Below are positions 41,541 through 50,306 of a stretch of DNA of 64,000 nucleotides, in pieces. A program made the position numbers and the translations under genes. The notes beneath the pieces were generated by a model. The model was not told where the DNA came from and searched no databases. It saw nothing but the letters and a program-made list of their open reading frames with translations. The stretch is taken from contig JBFEOO010000012.1 in NCBI GenBank assembly GCA_041550555.1, forward strand, positions 1,756 through 65,755. The letters run 5' to 3'. The first letter of the stretch is position 1. The number at the start of each line of letters is the position of its first letter. The DNA is from Arenicellales bacterium (lineage in GTDB: Bacteria > Pseudomonadota > Gammaproteobacteria > Arenicellales > JBFEOO01).

Positions 41541-42611
41541 GTGGTCACTGCGGCATCGCCGGACGTCTACTCGCCAGCAGCGGTTGGCGAGCGCACGAGC
41601 TACGCCATCGCTCTGTGGCTGCTCGGCTGCTGCGCGCTGATCTTCGCCATGGTGGTGCTGGGAGGGGTGACGCGGCTTACGGGATCGGGGTTGTCGATGG
41701 TGGATTGGCAGCCGATCATGGGTGTTCTGCCGCCGCTCACGGCCGCGGACTGGCAGGCCGTCTTCGAACGCTACCGGGAGTTTCCCGAGTATCAATTCGT
41801 CAACCGGGGCATGAGCCTCGAGGAATTCAAGACCATTTTTTGGTTCGAGTACTGGCACCGTGTCCTCGGACGACTCATCGGCATCGCCTTCCTGATACCG
41901 TTCGTCTACTTCGCCCTCCGTCGTCGAATCGAGCGCCGGCTGTATCCGAAGCTGGCGACCATGTTCGTGCTCGGCGGTCTGCAGGGTTTGCTCGGTTGGT
42001 ACATGGTGAAGAGCGGACTCGTCGACGACCCGCACGTGAGCCAGTACCGGCTCACAGCGCACCTCGCGTTGGCTTTCGCCATTTACGGCTACATGTTGTG
42101 GACGGCGCTTGGTCTGCTCGGCGCAGCCGCCACCGAGTTCGTGCCGGCCGGAGTGCGACGGTTTGCCATGGCGACGCTGGTGGTGGTTGGTGCGATGATC
42201 GTCAGCGGCGGATTCGTAGCCGGCACCCGGGCCGGATTCATCATGAACACCTTTCCGGACATGCAGGGCGAGTGGCTCCCCGGCGGGTTGTTCGCGCTCG
42301 AGCCGCTGTGGCGCAATTTCTTCGAGAACGCGGTGAGCATCCAGTTCTGGCACCGCGTCGGTGCGCTCACGGCGGCGATAGCGGTGGTGACGCTGTGGCT
42401 GATGGTGACGGCGACGTTGACCGGGAGGCGGGCGCGTCGCGCCGTCAACCTGCTCGCCGCAGCGGTCGCGCTGCAGATTACCCTTGGCATCGCGACGCTG
42501 CTCTCGAAGGTGCCCGTGGTCCTCGGCGCCGCCCATCAGGGGGGCGCGCTGCTGCTGCTGACCGCGGCGTTGTTCGCTCTGCGCGCGCTGTACCCCGCCT
42601 CCCGGCCGTAG
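41541..42611 (+). CDS. ctaA: Heme A synthase, COX15/CtaA type 2 (start approximate)
   Basis: GGVTRLTGSGLS, FWFEYWHR, GWYMVKSGL, VSQYRLTAH, QFWHR, AAHQ. Confidence 0.93.
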   Translation: MVTAASPDVYSPAAVGERTSYAIALWLLGCCALIFAMVVLGGVTRLTGSGLSMVDWQPIMGVLPPLTAADWQAVFERYREFPEYQFVNRGMSLEEFKTIFWFEYWHRVLGRLIGIAFLIPFVYFALRRRIERRLYPKLATMFVLGGLQGLLGWYMVKSGLVDDPHVSQYRLTAHLALAFAIYGYMLWTALGLLGAAATEFVPAGVRRFAMATLVVVGAMIVSGGFVAGTRAGFIMNTFPDMQGEWLPGGLFALEPLWRNFFENAVSIQFWHRVGALTAAIAVVTLWLMVTATLTGRRARRAVNLLAAAVALQITLGIATLLSKVPVVLGAAHQGGALLLLTAALFALRALYPASRP

Positions 42612-42906
42612 GCGCCGGGTGATTTTTCGGCATGCCGCGGCGCCTCGACGGCGTCACCGCCCGGCAGCGGGCCGTTGTTGGCGCCGATGCTGCCGCGAGC
42701 CGGCGCTGTTACGCACTTGCTCCGTCGCGCCGAGCCGGCCGACAGCGCCGTACCGGGCAGCCGCCGCCCCAGCCCCACGGCTGGGCCGCCGCCTGACCGC
42801 CATCCGGCGCTAGCGGCACGACACGCGGCTGACGCCTGAGGGGAATTCGGTGTAGGATTTAGCCTAGCAGAGCTAGTTGCGCGCCTAGAGCAACGGAGGG
42901 GAGCAA

Positions 42907-43215
42907 ATGCTCAGGACCATGAATTGGGCGTTGCTGGTCGGTACCGTGGCGTTGACGAGCCAGGTGCTGGCGCAGCAGTCGTCTACGGCGCCCGCGTCCG
43001 AGAATCAGGCGGCCGTCGGCGTCGCGATGCCCGCCAACGGCGCGACCATGGCCCAGGTGCGGCAACGATTCGGACCGCCGGAAAGCGAGCAGCCGCCCGT
43101 CGGTGACCCGCCCATCACCAGGTGGCGATACCCCGGCTATACGGTGTACTTCGAGCGAAACCTCGTCATCACCTCGGTGTCCGACGCCGAGCTCGGTCTG
43201 ACATCGTCTCCCTGA
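42907..43215 (+). CDS. Small secreted conserved hypothetical protein
   Basis: GGAGG RBS, signal peptide ending VLA, MAQVRQRFGPP...PPITRWRY..YTVYFE. Confidence 0.75.
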   Translation: MLRTMNWALLVGTVALTSQVLAQQSSTAPASENQAAVGVAMPANGATMAQVRQRFGPPESEQPPVGDPPITRWRYPGYTVYFERNLVITSVSDAELGLTSSP

Positions 43216-43510
43216 GCCCGTCGTGCGATCGCCGGGCGGCGCTCGCCTCGACCGTTCCGCAGCATTACCACGTTCGCTTTGGTGAAGCGGCGCGCTATCG
43301 GCGTCGAGGCGCCCTGCGCATGTGCCATGTCCCGTCGCCGCGCGGGTTGCCCCTGCCCGGCACTGCCGTCGCCACGCGCCCGGCCCGCTACCCGTCCCGC
43401 TCCCCGGCCGCCCGTTCGTCAACGTTGCCCGCCGAGGGTCTGCGGCTGCTCCGGTTGGCCCGTTGCGTCGTCGTGGCTGCCGCAGGCGGTCGACGCTAGA
43501 CGGATCGGCC

Positions 43511-44368
43511 GTGGTGAAGAGCCGGCCAGGCCGAAGCGGCCTCGGTCTCGTCGTAGGGGCGCTGCTGGCGGCGCCGGCATATTCCGAGGAGCGGCCGCTG
43601 TGGGAGCTGGCGCTGGGCGGCGGCGCTCTGAGCGTGCCCGATTACCGTGGCGCCGAGGACAACCAGAATCTCGTCTTTCCGCTGCCCTATCTCGTCTACC
43701 GCGGTCCGTTCCTGCGTGTGGATGACGAGGGTGTGCGCGGGATGTTCTACGAGACCGAGCGCCTGGAGCTGGATGTCAGCGTCGACGGCACCCTATCGCG
43801 CAGCAGCGACGACATCGAGGCGCGCGTCGGCATGGCGGATCTGGATCCCAGCTTGCAGCTGGGCCCTTCGCTGAAAGTGCGGCTGTACGACCGGCCCGAT
43901 CTCGGCCGCGATCTCGAGCTCAATCTGAACGTGCGCACGGCGTTTACTTTGAGCTCCAATCCGCAGCAGATCGGCTTCACCTCGTCCCCTCACTTCACCT
44001 ATCACCACGAGATCCCCCTGTTGGATCGGGTCTGGCGGCTCGGTCTGTCGGCGGGGCTGGAGTTCGGCTCCGCCCAGTTCCACGACTACTACTACTCTGT
44101 CGCACCGCAGTTCGGCACGCCCACGCGACCCGCCTACGAGGCCGACAGCGGTTTCGGGGGCACCCGCTTCATCTTCACGTTCCAAGGACGGACCGAGAAG
44201 ACCTGGATCAGCTTCTTCGGCCGCTACGATCACGTCGGCGGCGCGGTGTTCGAGGACAGCCCCCTGGTGCGCAGCAAGGGCAACCTCACCGCCGGCTTCG
44301 TCGTCACCTGGTTCGTGGCGAAGTCCAAGAAGAAGGTCAGAGTGCTGCGGGAGCACTTCAAGTACTGA
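43511..44368 (+). CDS. MipA/OmpV family outer membrane protein (start approximate)
   Basis: PLWELALG, PDYRGA, PLPYLVYRG, YYYSV, PAYEA.SG.GG, EDSPLV. Confidence 0.85.
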   Translation: MVKSRPGRSGLGLVVGALLAAPAYSEERPLWELALGGGALSVPDYRGAEDNQNLVFPLPYLVYRGPFLRVDDEGVRGMFYETERLELDVSVDGTLSRSSDDIEARVGMADLDPSLQLGPSLKVRLYDRPDLGRDLELNLNVRTAFTLSSNPQQIGFTSSPHFTYHHEIPLLDRVWRLGLSAGLEFGSAQFHDYYYSVAPQFGTPTRPAYEADSGFGGTRFIFTFQGRTEKTWISFFGRYDHVGGAVFEDSPLVRSKGNLTAGFVVTWFVAKSKKKVRVLREHFKY

Positions 44369-44395
44369 GCGGAAGGGGCGCCGAAGCGGTGCCGC

Positions 44396-45040
44396 TCAAA
44401 TCCAGTAGCTGAGGCCCGTCATGACACGGGAGGCGGCGCTCATGGCGCGCTTGAGCGGTGCGGGTAGCTCGGCAGCGCCGGCGTGCGAGGCGCTGGTGGC
44501 GTGCCGTCCCTCGTCCACGCGCATCTGCTCGAGCACGGCCCGCGTCGCGACATCGGCGGCGGGCAGGCGGGCGAGGTGGCCATCGAGATGGCGTACCACC
44601 TGGCGCTCGGTTTCGGCGAGGAAGCCCAGATTCCAGCGGTCGCCGGCCATACCCGCCGCAGCGCCGATCAGGAACGAGCCCGCGTACCATAACGGGTTGA
44701 GCCAGCTGCCCTGCGCCCCGAGCGCCTCGAGGCGGTCCTCGCACCATATCAGATGGTCGTTCTCCTCGGCTGCGGCCTCTTCGAGCCGCGCCTGCAGCGA
44801 CGCCCGGTTGGCGACCAGAGCTTGCCCCTGGTAGAGCGCCTGCGCGCTGACCTCGCCGGCGAGATTGACCCGCATGAGCCGCCCCGCGAGGTCGCGTTCC
44901 ACCGTTGACAGCTCGCCCTCCGGGATGCCTGCGGCCGGGTGCCGGCGACCTGTCCCGCGGGGGTGTCCGAAGACGGTGCGCACCGCGCGGTCGACGCCGA
45001 TCACGAGCTGATCCAGTGGGCCGTGGCGAGGTGTCGGCAT
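44396..45040 (-). CDS. coq7: Ubiquinone biosynthesis di-iron hydroxylase Coq7
   Basis: MRVN.AGEV.AQALYQGQ, EENDHL.WC, ETERQV..HL, DEGRH. Confidence 0.94.
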   Translation of the reverse strand: MPTPRHGPLDQLVIGVDRAVRTVFGHPRGTGRRHPAAGIPEGELSTVERDLAGRLMRVNLAGEVSAQALYQGQALVANRASLQARLEEAAAEENDHLIWCEDRLEALGAQGSWLNPLWYAGSFLIGAAAGMAGDRWNLGFLAETERQVVRHLDGHLARLPAADVATRAVLEQMRVDEGRHATSASHAGAAELPAPLKRAMSAASRVMTGLSYWI

Positions 45041-45332
45041 GGGGTGTGCACGATAGCAGAGATGCCCCGCCCGCTGCACGCCGTGGTGGCGGATACCACG
45101 GCGCGGCGGGACGCCTGGTGCCGGAAACGCTTCGGCGGGCCCGGGAGGTGATGGGCCCCTTCGAGTCGCAGCAGAGGACCAACCGTGATATGCTGTTGAA
45201 GTTTGGGAGATAATCTCGAGCAAGTACGCGGGGGTGTCCGCGTTGGGTTGTCGGTTCCACACCGAAGCGCGTGGCGGGCCGGGCTGTGATCATCAACTGC
45301 GATCCCGGTTTCCGGGCCGGCATAAGCGACGA

Positions 45333-45350
45333 CATAACGTTTACGTAACC
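45333..45350. promoter_or_regulatory. LiuR-like imperfect palindrome upstream of the TRAP operon
   Basis: CATAACGTTTACGTAACC matches the recalled consensus STTTACGTWWACGTAAAS at 15/18 positions. Confidence 0.45.
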
Positions 45351-45376
45351 ATCACCACTTCGGAAGGAGGTTTTTG

Positions 45377-46519
45377 ATGTCTGACAAACTGGAAACCACC
45401 AGTTCGGGTGTTTCGCGCCGCAGTTTTCTCAAGCGCGGCGCGGCGGCGGCCGGCGCTGTAGCGGGCTCGGTCGCGGCCCCGGCAATCCTGGCGCAGAGCC
45501 CCATCGTCATCAAGATGCAGACGTCGTGGTCGGCGTCGGACATCTGGATGGATTTCGCTCGCCAGTACGTCGAGCGCGTCGAGCGCATGTCGAACGGCCG
45601 ACTGAAGATCGATCTGCTGCCCTCGGGCGCCGTCGTGCAGGCTTTCCAGGTGCTCGATGCGGTCAACGACGGCGTGCTCGATGCGGCGCACACGGTGCCG
45701 GTGTACTGGTACGGCAAGCATAAGGGGGCCTCGCTGTTCGGCACCGGTCCGGTGTTCGGCGGCAGCGCCACCAACATGCTGGCGTGGTTCCACGCCGGCG
45801 GCGGCAAGGAGCTGTACCGCGAGCTGACTCAGGACATCCTTGGGCTCAACGTGTACGGCTTCTACGGCTTCCCGATGCCCGCCCAGCCCTTCGGGTGGTT
45901 CAAGAATCCGGTGACCCAGGTATCGGACCTTTCCGGCTTCAAGTACCGCACGGTCGGGCTGGCTGCTGATCTCATGCAGAAGCTCGGCATGAGCGTTGCG
46001 CAGCTGCCGGGCGGTGAAATCGTGCCGGCCATGGAGCGCGGCGTCATCGATGCCTTCGAGTTTAACAATCCGTCGTCGGACAGCCGCTTCGGCGCGCAGG
46101 ACGTCGCTAAGAACTACTTCCTGTCGTCCTACCATCAAGCGAGCGAGTCCTTCGAGTTCCTCTTCAACAAGGACATGTTCGACGACCTCGATGACGACCT
46201 GCGGGGCATTCTCGAGTACGGTGTCGAGGCGACGAGCACGGCGAACACCGCCATCGCGCTGGACAACTACTCGGCGGACCTGCGCAAGCTGCAGGACGAG
46301 TCCGGAGTGACCGTGCACCGGACCTCGAAGGCGATTCTCGATGCACAGCTCAAGGCGTGGGATGAGCTCATCCCGGAGCTCGAGAAGGATCCCTTCATGA
46401 AGAAGTGCATGGACAGCCAGCGGGCCTGGGTCGAGCGCACGGTCTTCTACGAGCTGATGAACTCGCCGGACTACGCTCTGGCGTACGAGCACTACTTCCC
46501 CGGCAAGCTGAAGCTCTGA
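45377..46519 (+). CDS. TRAP substrate-binding protein, TakP-like, Tat-exported
   Basis: SRRSFLK Tat motif, MQTSW, YWYGK, GWF, ERGVIDAFEF; GGAGG RBS. Confidence 0.92.
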   Translation: MSDKLETTSSGVSRRSFLKRGAAAAGAVAGSVAAPAILAQSPIVIKMQTSWSASDIWMDFARQYVERVERMSNGRLKIDLLPSGAVVQAFQVLDAVNDGVLDAAHTVPVYWYGKHKGASLFGTGPVFGGSATNMLAWFHAGGGKELYRELTQDILGLNVYGFYGFPMPAQPFGWFKNPVTQVSDLSGFKYRTVGLAADLMQKLGMSVAQLPGGEIVPAMERGVIDAFEFNNPSSDSRFGAQDVAKNYFLSSYHQASESFEFLFNKDMFDDLDDDLRGILEYGVEATSTANTAIALDNYSADLRKLQDESGVTVHRTSKAILDAQLKAWDELIPELEKDPFMKKCMDSQRAWVERTVFYELMNSPDYALAYEHYFPGKLKL

Positions 46520-46531
46520 TGTTCCGCTGCT

Positions 46532-46595
46532 GACCGCAGGGGCCAGCATCGGCAGGGGCGGTCATCCGCCCCTGCCGAGTTTCTGGTCTGCGGTC
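46532..46595 (+). terminator. Strong intercistronic hairpin after the binding-protein gene (mRNA stabiliser or partial terminator)
   Basis: TCGGCAGGGGCGG-TCAT-CCGCCCCTGCCGA (46549-46578) inside an outer GACCGCAG/CTGCGGTC stem. Confidence 0.6.
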
Positions 46596-46620
46596 GCTCA
46601 ACGATTGGGGTGCCGCTGCC

Positions 46621-47262
46621 ATGCACGGCTATATCGAGTTCGCCGACCGCGTCTCGGCGTGGTTCGGCAAGGCGTTTGCCTGGCTCATCCTGGTGATGAC
46701 CTTCGGCGTCGCCTACGAGGTTTTCGTCCGCTACATCCTGAACGCACCGACGTCGTGGGCGTTCGACGTCTCCTACATCATGTATGGGAGCCTGTTCATG
46801 ATGGGCGGCGCATACACGCTCTCTCGTGGCGGTCACGTGCGCGGCGACTTCATCTACCGGCTGTGGACGCCCCGCACCCAGGCGAAGGTCGAGCTGTTCC
46901 TGTATATCATCTTCTTCTTCCCCGGCGTCATCGCCCTGATCCTGGCCGGCTGGAAGTACGCGGCGCGCTCCTGGCGCTACATGGAGATCAGCGTCAACAG
47001 CCCCGCCGGCATCCCCATCTTCCAGTTCAAGACCATCATCGTCCTGGCCGGCATTCTGCTGTTTATTCAGGGCATCGCGCAGGTCATGCGGTGCATCCTG
47101 TGCATTCGCACCGGAGAGTGGCTGCGCGCGGCCGAGGACGTCGAGGAGACCGAGGTGCAACTCGCCCGCCGGGGCACCCTCGATGTGCTCAAGCACGGCT
47201 CGGAGGCGGTGGAAGTCTACCCGCTCGAGACGACGTCCGAGCAGGACAAAGACAGGAGCTGA
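46621..47262 (+). CDS. TRAP small permease (DctQ family)
   Basis: YEVFVRYILNAPT.W, GHVRGD, four TM segments. Confidence 0.92.
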   Translation: MHGYIEFADRVSAWFGKAFAWLILVMTFGVAYEVFVRYILNAPTSWAFDVSYIMYGSLFMMGGAYTLSRGGHVRGDFIYRLWTPRTQAKVELFLYIIFFFPGVIALILAGWKYAARSWRYMEISVNSPAGIPIFQFKTIIVLAGILLFIQGIAQVMRCILCIRTGEWLRAAEDVEETEVQLARRGTLDVLKHGSEAVEVYPLETTSEQDKDRS

Positions 47263-47265
47263 TTG

Positions 47266-48687
47266 ATGACGGATCCGCAGATCGCCCTGCTCATGCTGGG
47301 GGTGTTCATCGTGATCATCCTGCTGGGCTTCCCCATCGCCTTCACACTCATGGCGATGGGCATCGGTTTCGGCTACTACGCCTATTTCGATGCCGACCGC
47401 ATGTGGCGCGCCTATAACCGGGCGGTCGAGCAGGGGGCCGACGCCTCGGTTCAGCTGCAGACCTGGTTAGAGGGTTTTTTCAACAACCGCATCTTCGATT
47501 TGTTCGTAAACCAGACCTTTTCGGTCATGGCCAACGACGTGCTGACGGCCGTGCCGCTGTTTCTGTTCATGGGCTACGTCGTCGAGCGCGCCAACATCGT
47601 CGACCGCCTCTTCGGCACCTTGAACATCGTGGCCCGTCGGCTGCCCGGCTCGATGGCGGTGGCGGCACTGATCACCTGTGCACTGTTCGCGACGGCGACG
47701 GGAATCGTCGGTGCTGTCGTAACGCTCATGGGACTGCTCGCTCTGCCGGCGATGCTCAAGGCTCGCTACGACACCAGTTTCGCCTCCGGCGTCATCTGCG
47801 CCGGCGGCACGCTTGGTATCCTGATTCCGCCGTCGATCATGTTGATCGTCTATGCCGCAGCGTCGGGCGTGTCCATCGTCAAGCTTTACGCGGGCGCGTT
47901 GTTCCCGGGCATGCTCCTCGCCGGCCTGTATCTGGTGTACGTGATCGTCCGTTCCTGGGCTCAGCCGCATCTGGCGCCCAAGCCGAGCGAGGAGGAAGTT
48001 GGTTCAATGCCGCTCGGCAAGGTTATTCTGCTGCTGCTCACGTCGTTCTTTCCGCTCGCGATCCTGATCCTCTCCGTGCTCGGAGCAATTCTGTTCGGTC
48101 TGGCGACGCCTTCCGAGGCCGCGTCGATCGGCGCACTGGGCGGACTGGTGCTGGCCGTCGCCTACCGCGCACTCACCTGGCAGCGGCTGCGCGAATCGGT
48201 GTACCTGACGGTGCGCACGACGGCCATGGTGTGTTGGCTGTTCGTCGGCTCGTGGACGTTCTCGTCGGTGTTCTCGTACCTCGGCGGGGAGCAGGTCATC
48301 AACGAGTTCGTGACCGGCCTGGATCTGTCGCCGGTGGTGTTTCTCATCCTCGCCCAGCTCATCATCTTCCTGCTCGGCTGGCCGCTGGAGTGGTCGGAGA
48401 TCATCATCATCTTCGTGCCGATTTTTCTGCCGTTGCTGCCGCATTTCGACATCGACCCGCTGTTCTTCGGCATTCTCGTCGCGCTCAACCTGCAGACGTC
48501 GTTCCTGACGCCACCCATGGCGATGTCCGCCTATTACTTGAAAGGCATTGCGCCGCCGGTGGTGCAGCTCGTGCAGATTTTCAAGGGATGCTTTCCTTTC
48601 CTGGCCATGGTGTTCGTTGCCATGATCATCCTCTATGTCTACCCCGACATCGCGTTCTGGTTGCCGAACCAGATCTACGGCCGCTGA
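47266..48687 (+). CDS. TRAP large permease (DctM family)
   Basis: GFPIAF, AVPLFLFMG, GGTLGILIPPSI, ATPSEAA, QTSFLTPP. Confidence 0.94.
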   Translation: MTDPQIALLMLGVFIVIILLGFPIAFTLMAMGIGFGYYAYFDADRMWRAYNRAVEQGADASVQLQTWLEGFFNNRIFDLFVNQTFSVMANDVLTAVPLFLFMGYVVERANIVDRLFGTLNIVARRLPGSMAVAALITCALFATATGIVGAVVTLMGLLALPAMLKARYDTSFASGVICAGGTLGILIPPSIMLIVYAAASGVSIVKLYAGALFPGMLLAGLYLVYVIVRSWAQPHLAPKPSEEEVGSMPLGKVILLLLTSFFPLAILILSVLGAILFGLATPSEAASIGALGGLVLAVAYRALTWQRLRESVYLTVRTTAMVCWLFVGSWTFSSVFSYLGGEQVINEFVTGLDLSPVVFLILAQLIIFLLGWPLEWSEIIIIFVPIFLPLLPHFDIDPLFFGILVALNLQTSFLTPPMAMSAYYLKGIAPPVVQLVQIFKGCFPFLAMVFVAMIILYVYPDIAFWLPNQIYGR

Positions 48688-48692
48688 CCGTC

Positions 48693-50039
48693 ATGGTACG
48701 TGGTGCGCCCAGCCTTGCTGATCTGACGGCGGTCGATGCACGCGACCGATTGACGCGCGGTGAGCTGCGCGCCGTGGAGCTGACCAAGGCGTGCCTGCAG
48801 CGCATCGGCGAGCGCGAGCACGACGTTGGCGCTTTTGCGTATCTCGACGAGGAGCGGGCGCTCGAGCAGGCCAAGGCGGCGGACGCGCATCGAGCATCCG
48901 GACGTCCGATCGGTCCGTTGCACGGCCTGCCGGTGGGCATCAAGGACATGATCGACACCGCCGATATGCCCACCGAGAACGGCGCGGCGGTGGATGCCGG
49001 GCGCCGGCCGCAGCGCGACGCCACCATCGTGGCCCGGCTGCGCGCTGCCGGCGCGGTAATTGTCGGCAAGACGGTCACCACCGAGTTCGCCTACCGCGCC
49101 GCGGGTAAGACGCGCAATCCGCACGATCTGGAGCGCACGCCCGGCGGGTCGTCTTCGGGGTCGGCGGCGGCCGTCGCCAGCGGCATGCTGCCCCTCGCGG
49201 TGGGAACGCAGACCGGCGGGTCGGTCATCCGTCCGGCGGCGTACTGCGGCATCGTCGGATTCAAGCCCACCTTCGGGCTGATTCCGCGCACCGGCGTGCT
49301 GCGTCACTCGCGATGGCTCGACACGGTGGGCACGTTCGGTCGTACCATCGAGGACGCGGCGCTGCTGGCCGATGCGCTGGCCGGGTACGACCCCGCCGAC
49401 CCGGACACGCGGCCCGCCGCCGCCCCGGACATCCTGAGGATCGCCAGCAGCGCGCCGCCGGTCACGCCCATGCTGGGCTTCGTCAAGACGCCGGCGTGGA
49501 ACGAAGTCGAAGCCGACTGTGCGCAGGGTTTTGCCGAGCTGGCCGAGGCGCTCGGTGACCAGTGCGACGAGCTCGAACTTCCCGCCATTTTCGCCGAAGG
49601 CAAGGTGGCGCAGCGCCGCCTGGCGGTGGTCGGCATGGCCAGGAATCTGCGCCACTATTTCGAGCGGGGCCGTGACCGTCTGGCCGACGAGACGCGCGCG
49701 GCCATCGAGGAAGGGCGGGCGGTCAGCGCGGTAGACCACCTTGCCGCGCTGGACTGGCGCGACGTGCTCTACGCCGGGCTCGAGGAGATATTCTCGCGCT
49801 ACGACGCCCTGCTCACGCCCGCCGCGTCCGGCGAGGCGCCGCTCGGACTGGCTCACACCGGCAGCCACGCCTTCTGCGTGCTGTGGACGCTGACCGGGGT
49901 ACCGGCGGTGACCATTCCCCTGCTCGAGGGTGCTCACGGCATGCCGGTGGGCGTCCAGCTGGTTGGCCGTCGCGGTGACGACGGCCGTCTTCTGCGCACG
50001 GCGCGCTGGCTGAGCAAAACGGTGGCCGCGCTTTGCTGA
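48693..50039 (+). CDS. Amidase-signature family amidase 1
   Basis: LHGLPVGIKD, TPGGSSSGSAAAVA, GTQTGGSVIRPA; Ser-cisSer-Lys residues present. Confidence 0.92.
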   Translation: MVRGAPSLADLTAVDARDRLTRGELRAVELTKACLQRIGEREHDVGAFAYLDEERALEQAKAADAHRASGRPIGPLHGLPVGIKDMIDTADMPTENGAAVDAGRRPQRDATIVARLRAAGAVIVGKTVTTEFAYRAAGKTRNPHDLERTPGGSSSGSAAAVASGMLPLAVGTQTGGSVIRPAAYCGIVGFKPTFGLIPRTGVLRHSRWLDTVGTFGRTIEDAALLADALAGYDPADPDTRPAAAPDILRIASSAPPVTPMLGFVKTPAWNEVEADCAQGFAELAEALGDQCDELELPAIFAEGKVAQRRLAVVGMARNLRHYFERGRDRLADETRAAIEEGRAVSAVDHLAALDWRDVLYAGLEEIFSRYDALLTPAASGEAPLGLAHTGSHAFCVLWTLTGVPAVTIPLLEGAHGMPVGVQLVGRRGDDGRLLRTARWLSKTVAALC

Positions 50040-50067
50040 GGTCGAGAGCACACACAAGGGAGCGGTT

Positions 50068-50241
50068 ATGGACGGACTGATTGCTTTCATCGCGATGGCG
50101 ACGTTCGTCGCCTTCCTGGCGACCGTCGTGATATTCGTCCCGGATCTGGACATGATCATCGTGTTCGGGGTGGTGAGTGTGTTCGCGAGCTGGGATTTCT
50201 GGAAGTCGCTGCGCGCTAAGCGCGAGAGCGGCCGCAGCTGA
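50068..50241 (+). CDS. 57-aa two-TM small membrane protein (not in ORF track)
   Basis: AAGGGAG RBS, ATG at 50068, MDGLIAFIAMATFVAFLATVVIFVPDLDMIIVFGVVSVFASWDFWKSLRAKRESGRS; GC-rich third codon positions. Confidence 0.75.
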   Translation: MDGLIAFIAMATFVAFLATVVIFVPDLDMIIVFGVVSVFASWDFWKSLRAKRESGRS

Positions 50242-50306
50242 GCGTTCGCTGCGCTCAGCCCACCCCGTTTCCTCCCCGGTAGCTTTTCTCGCGCAGCCTC
50301 GCCGCC

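Noticed and set aside
42612-43510. GC-rich intergenic stretches around the small secreted gene as ncRNA or MITE
   Set aside because: No terminal inverted repeats, terminator or second copy in the window; short stems are expected at this GC content
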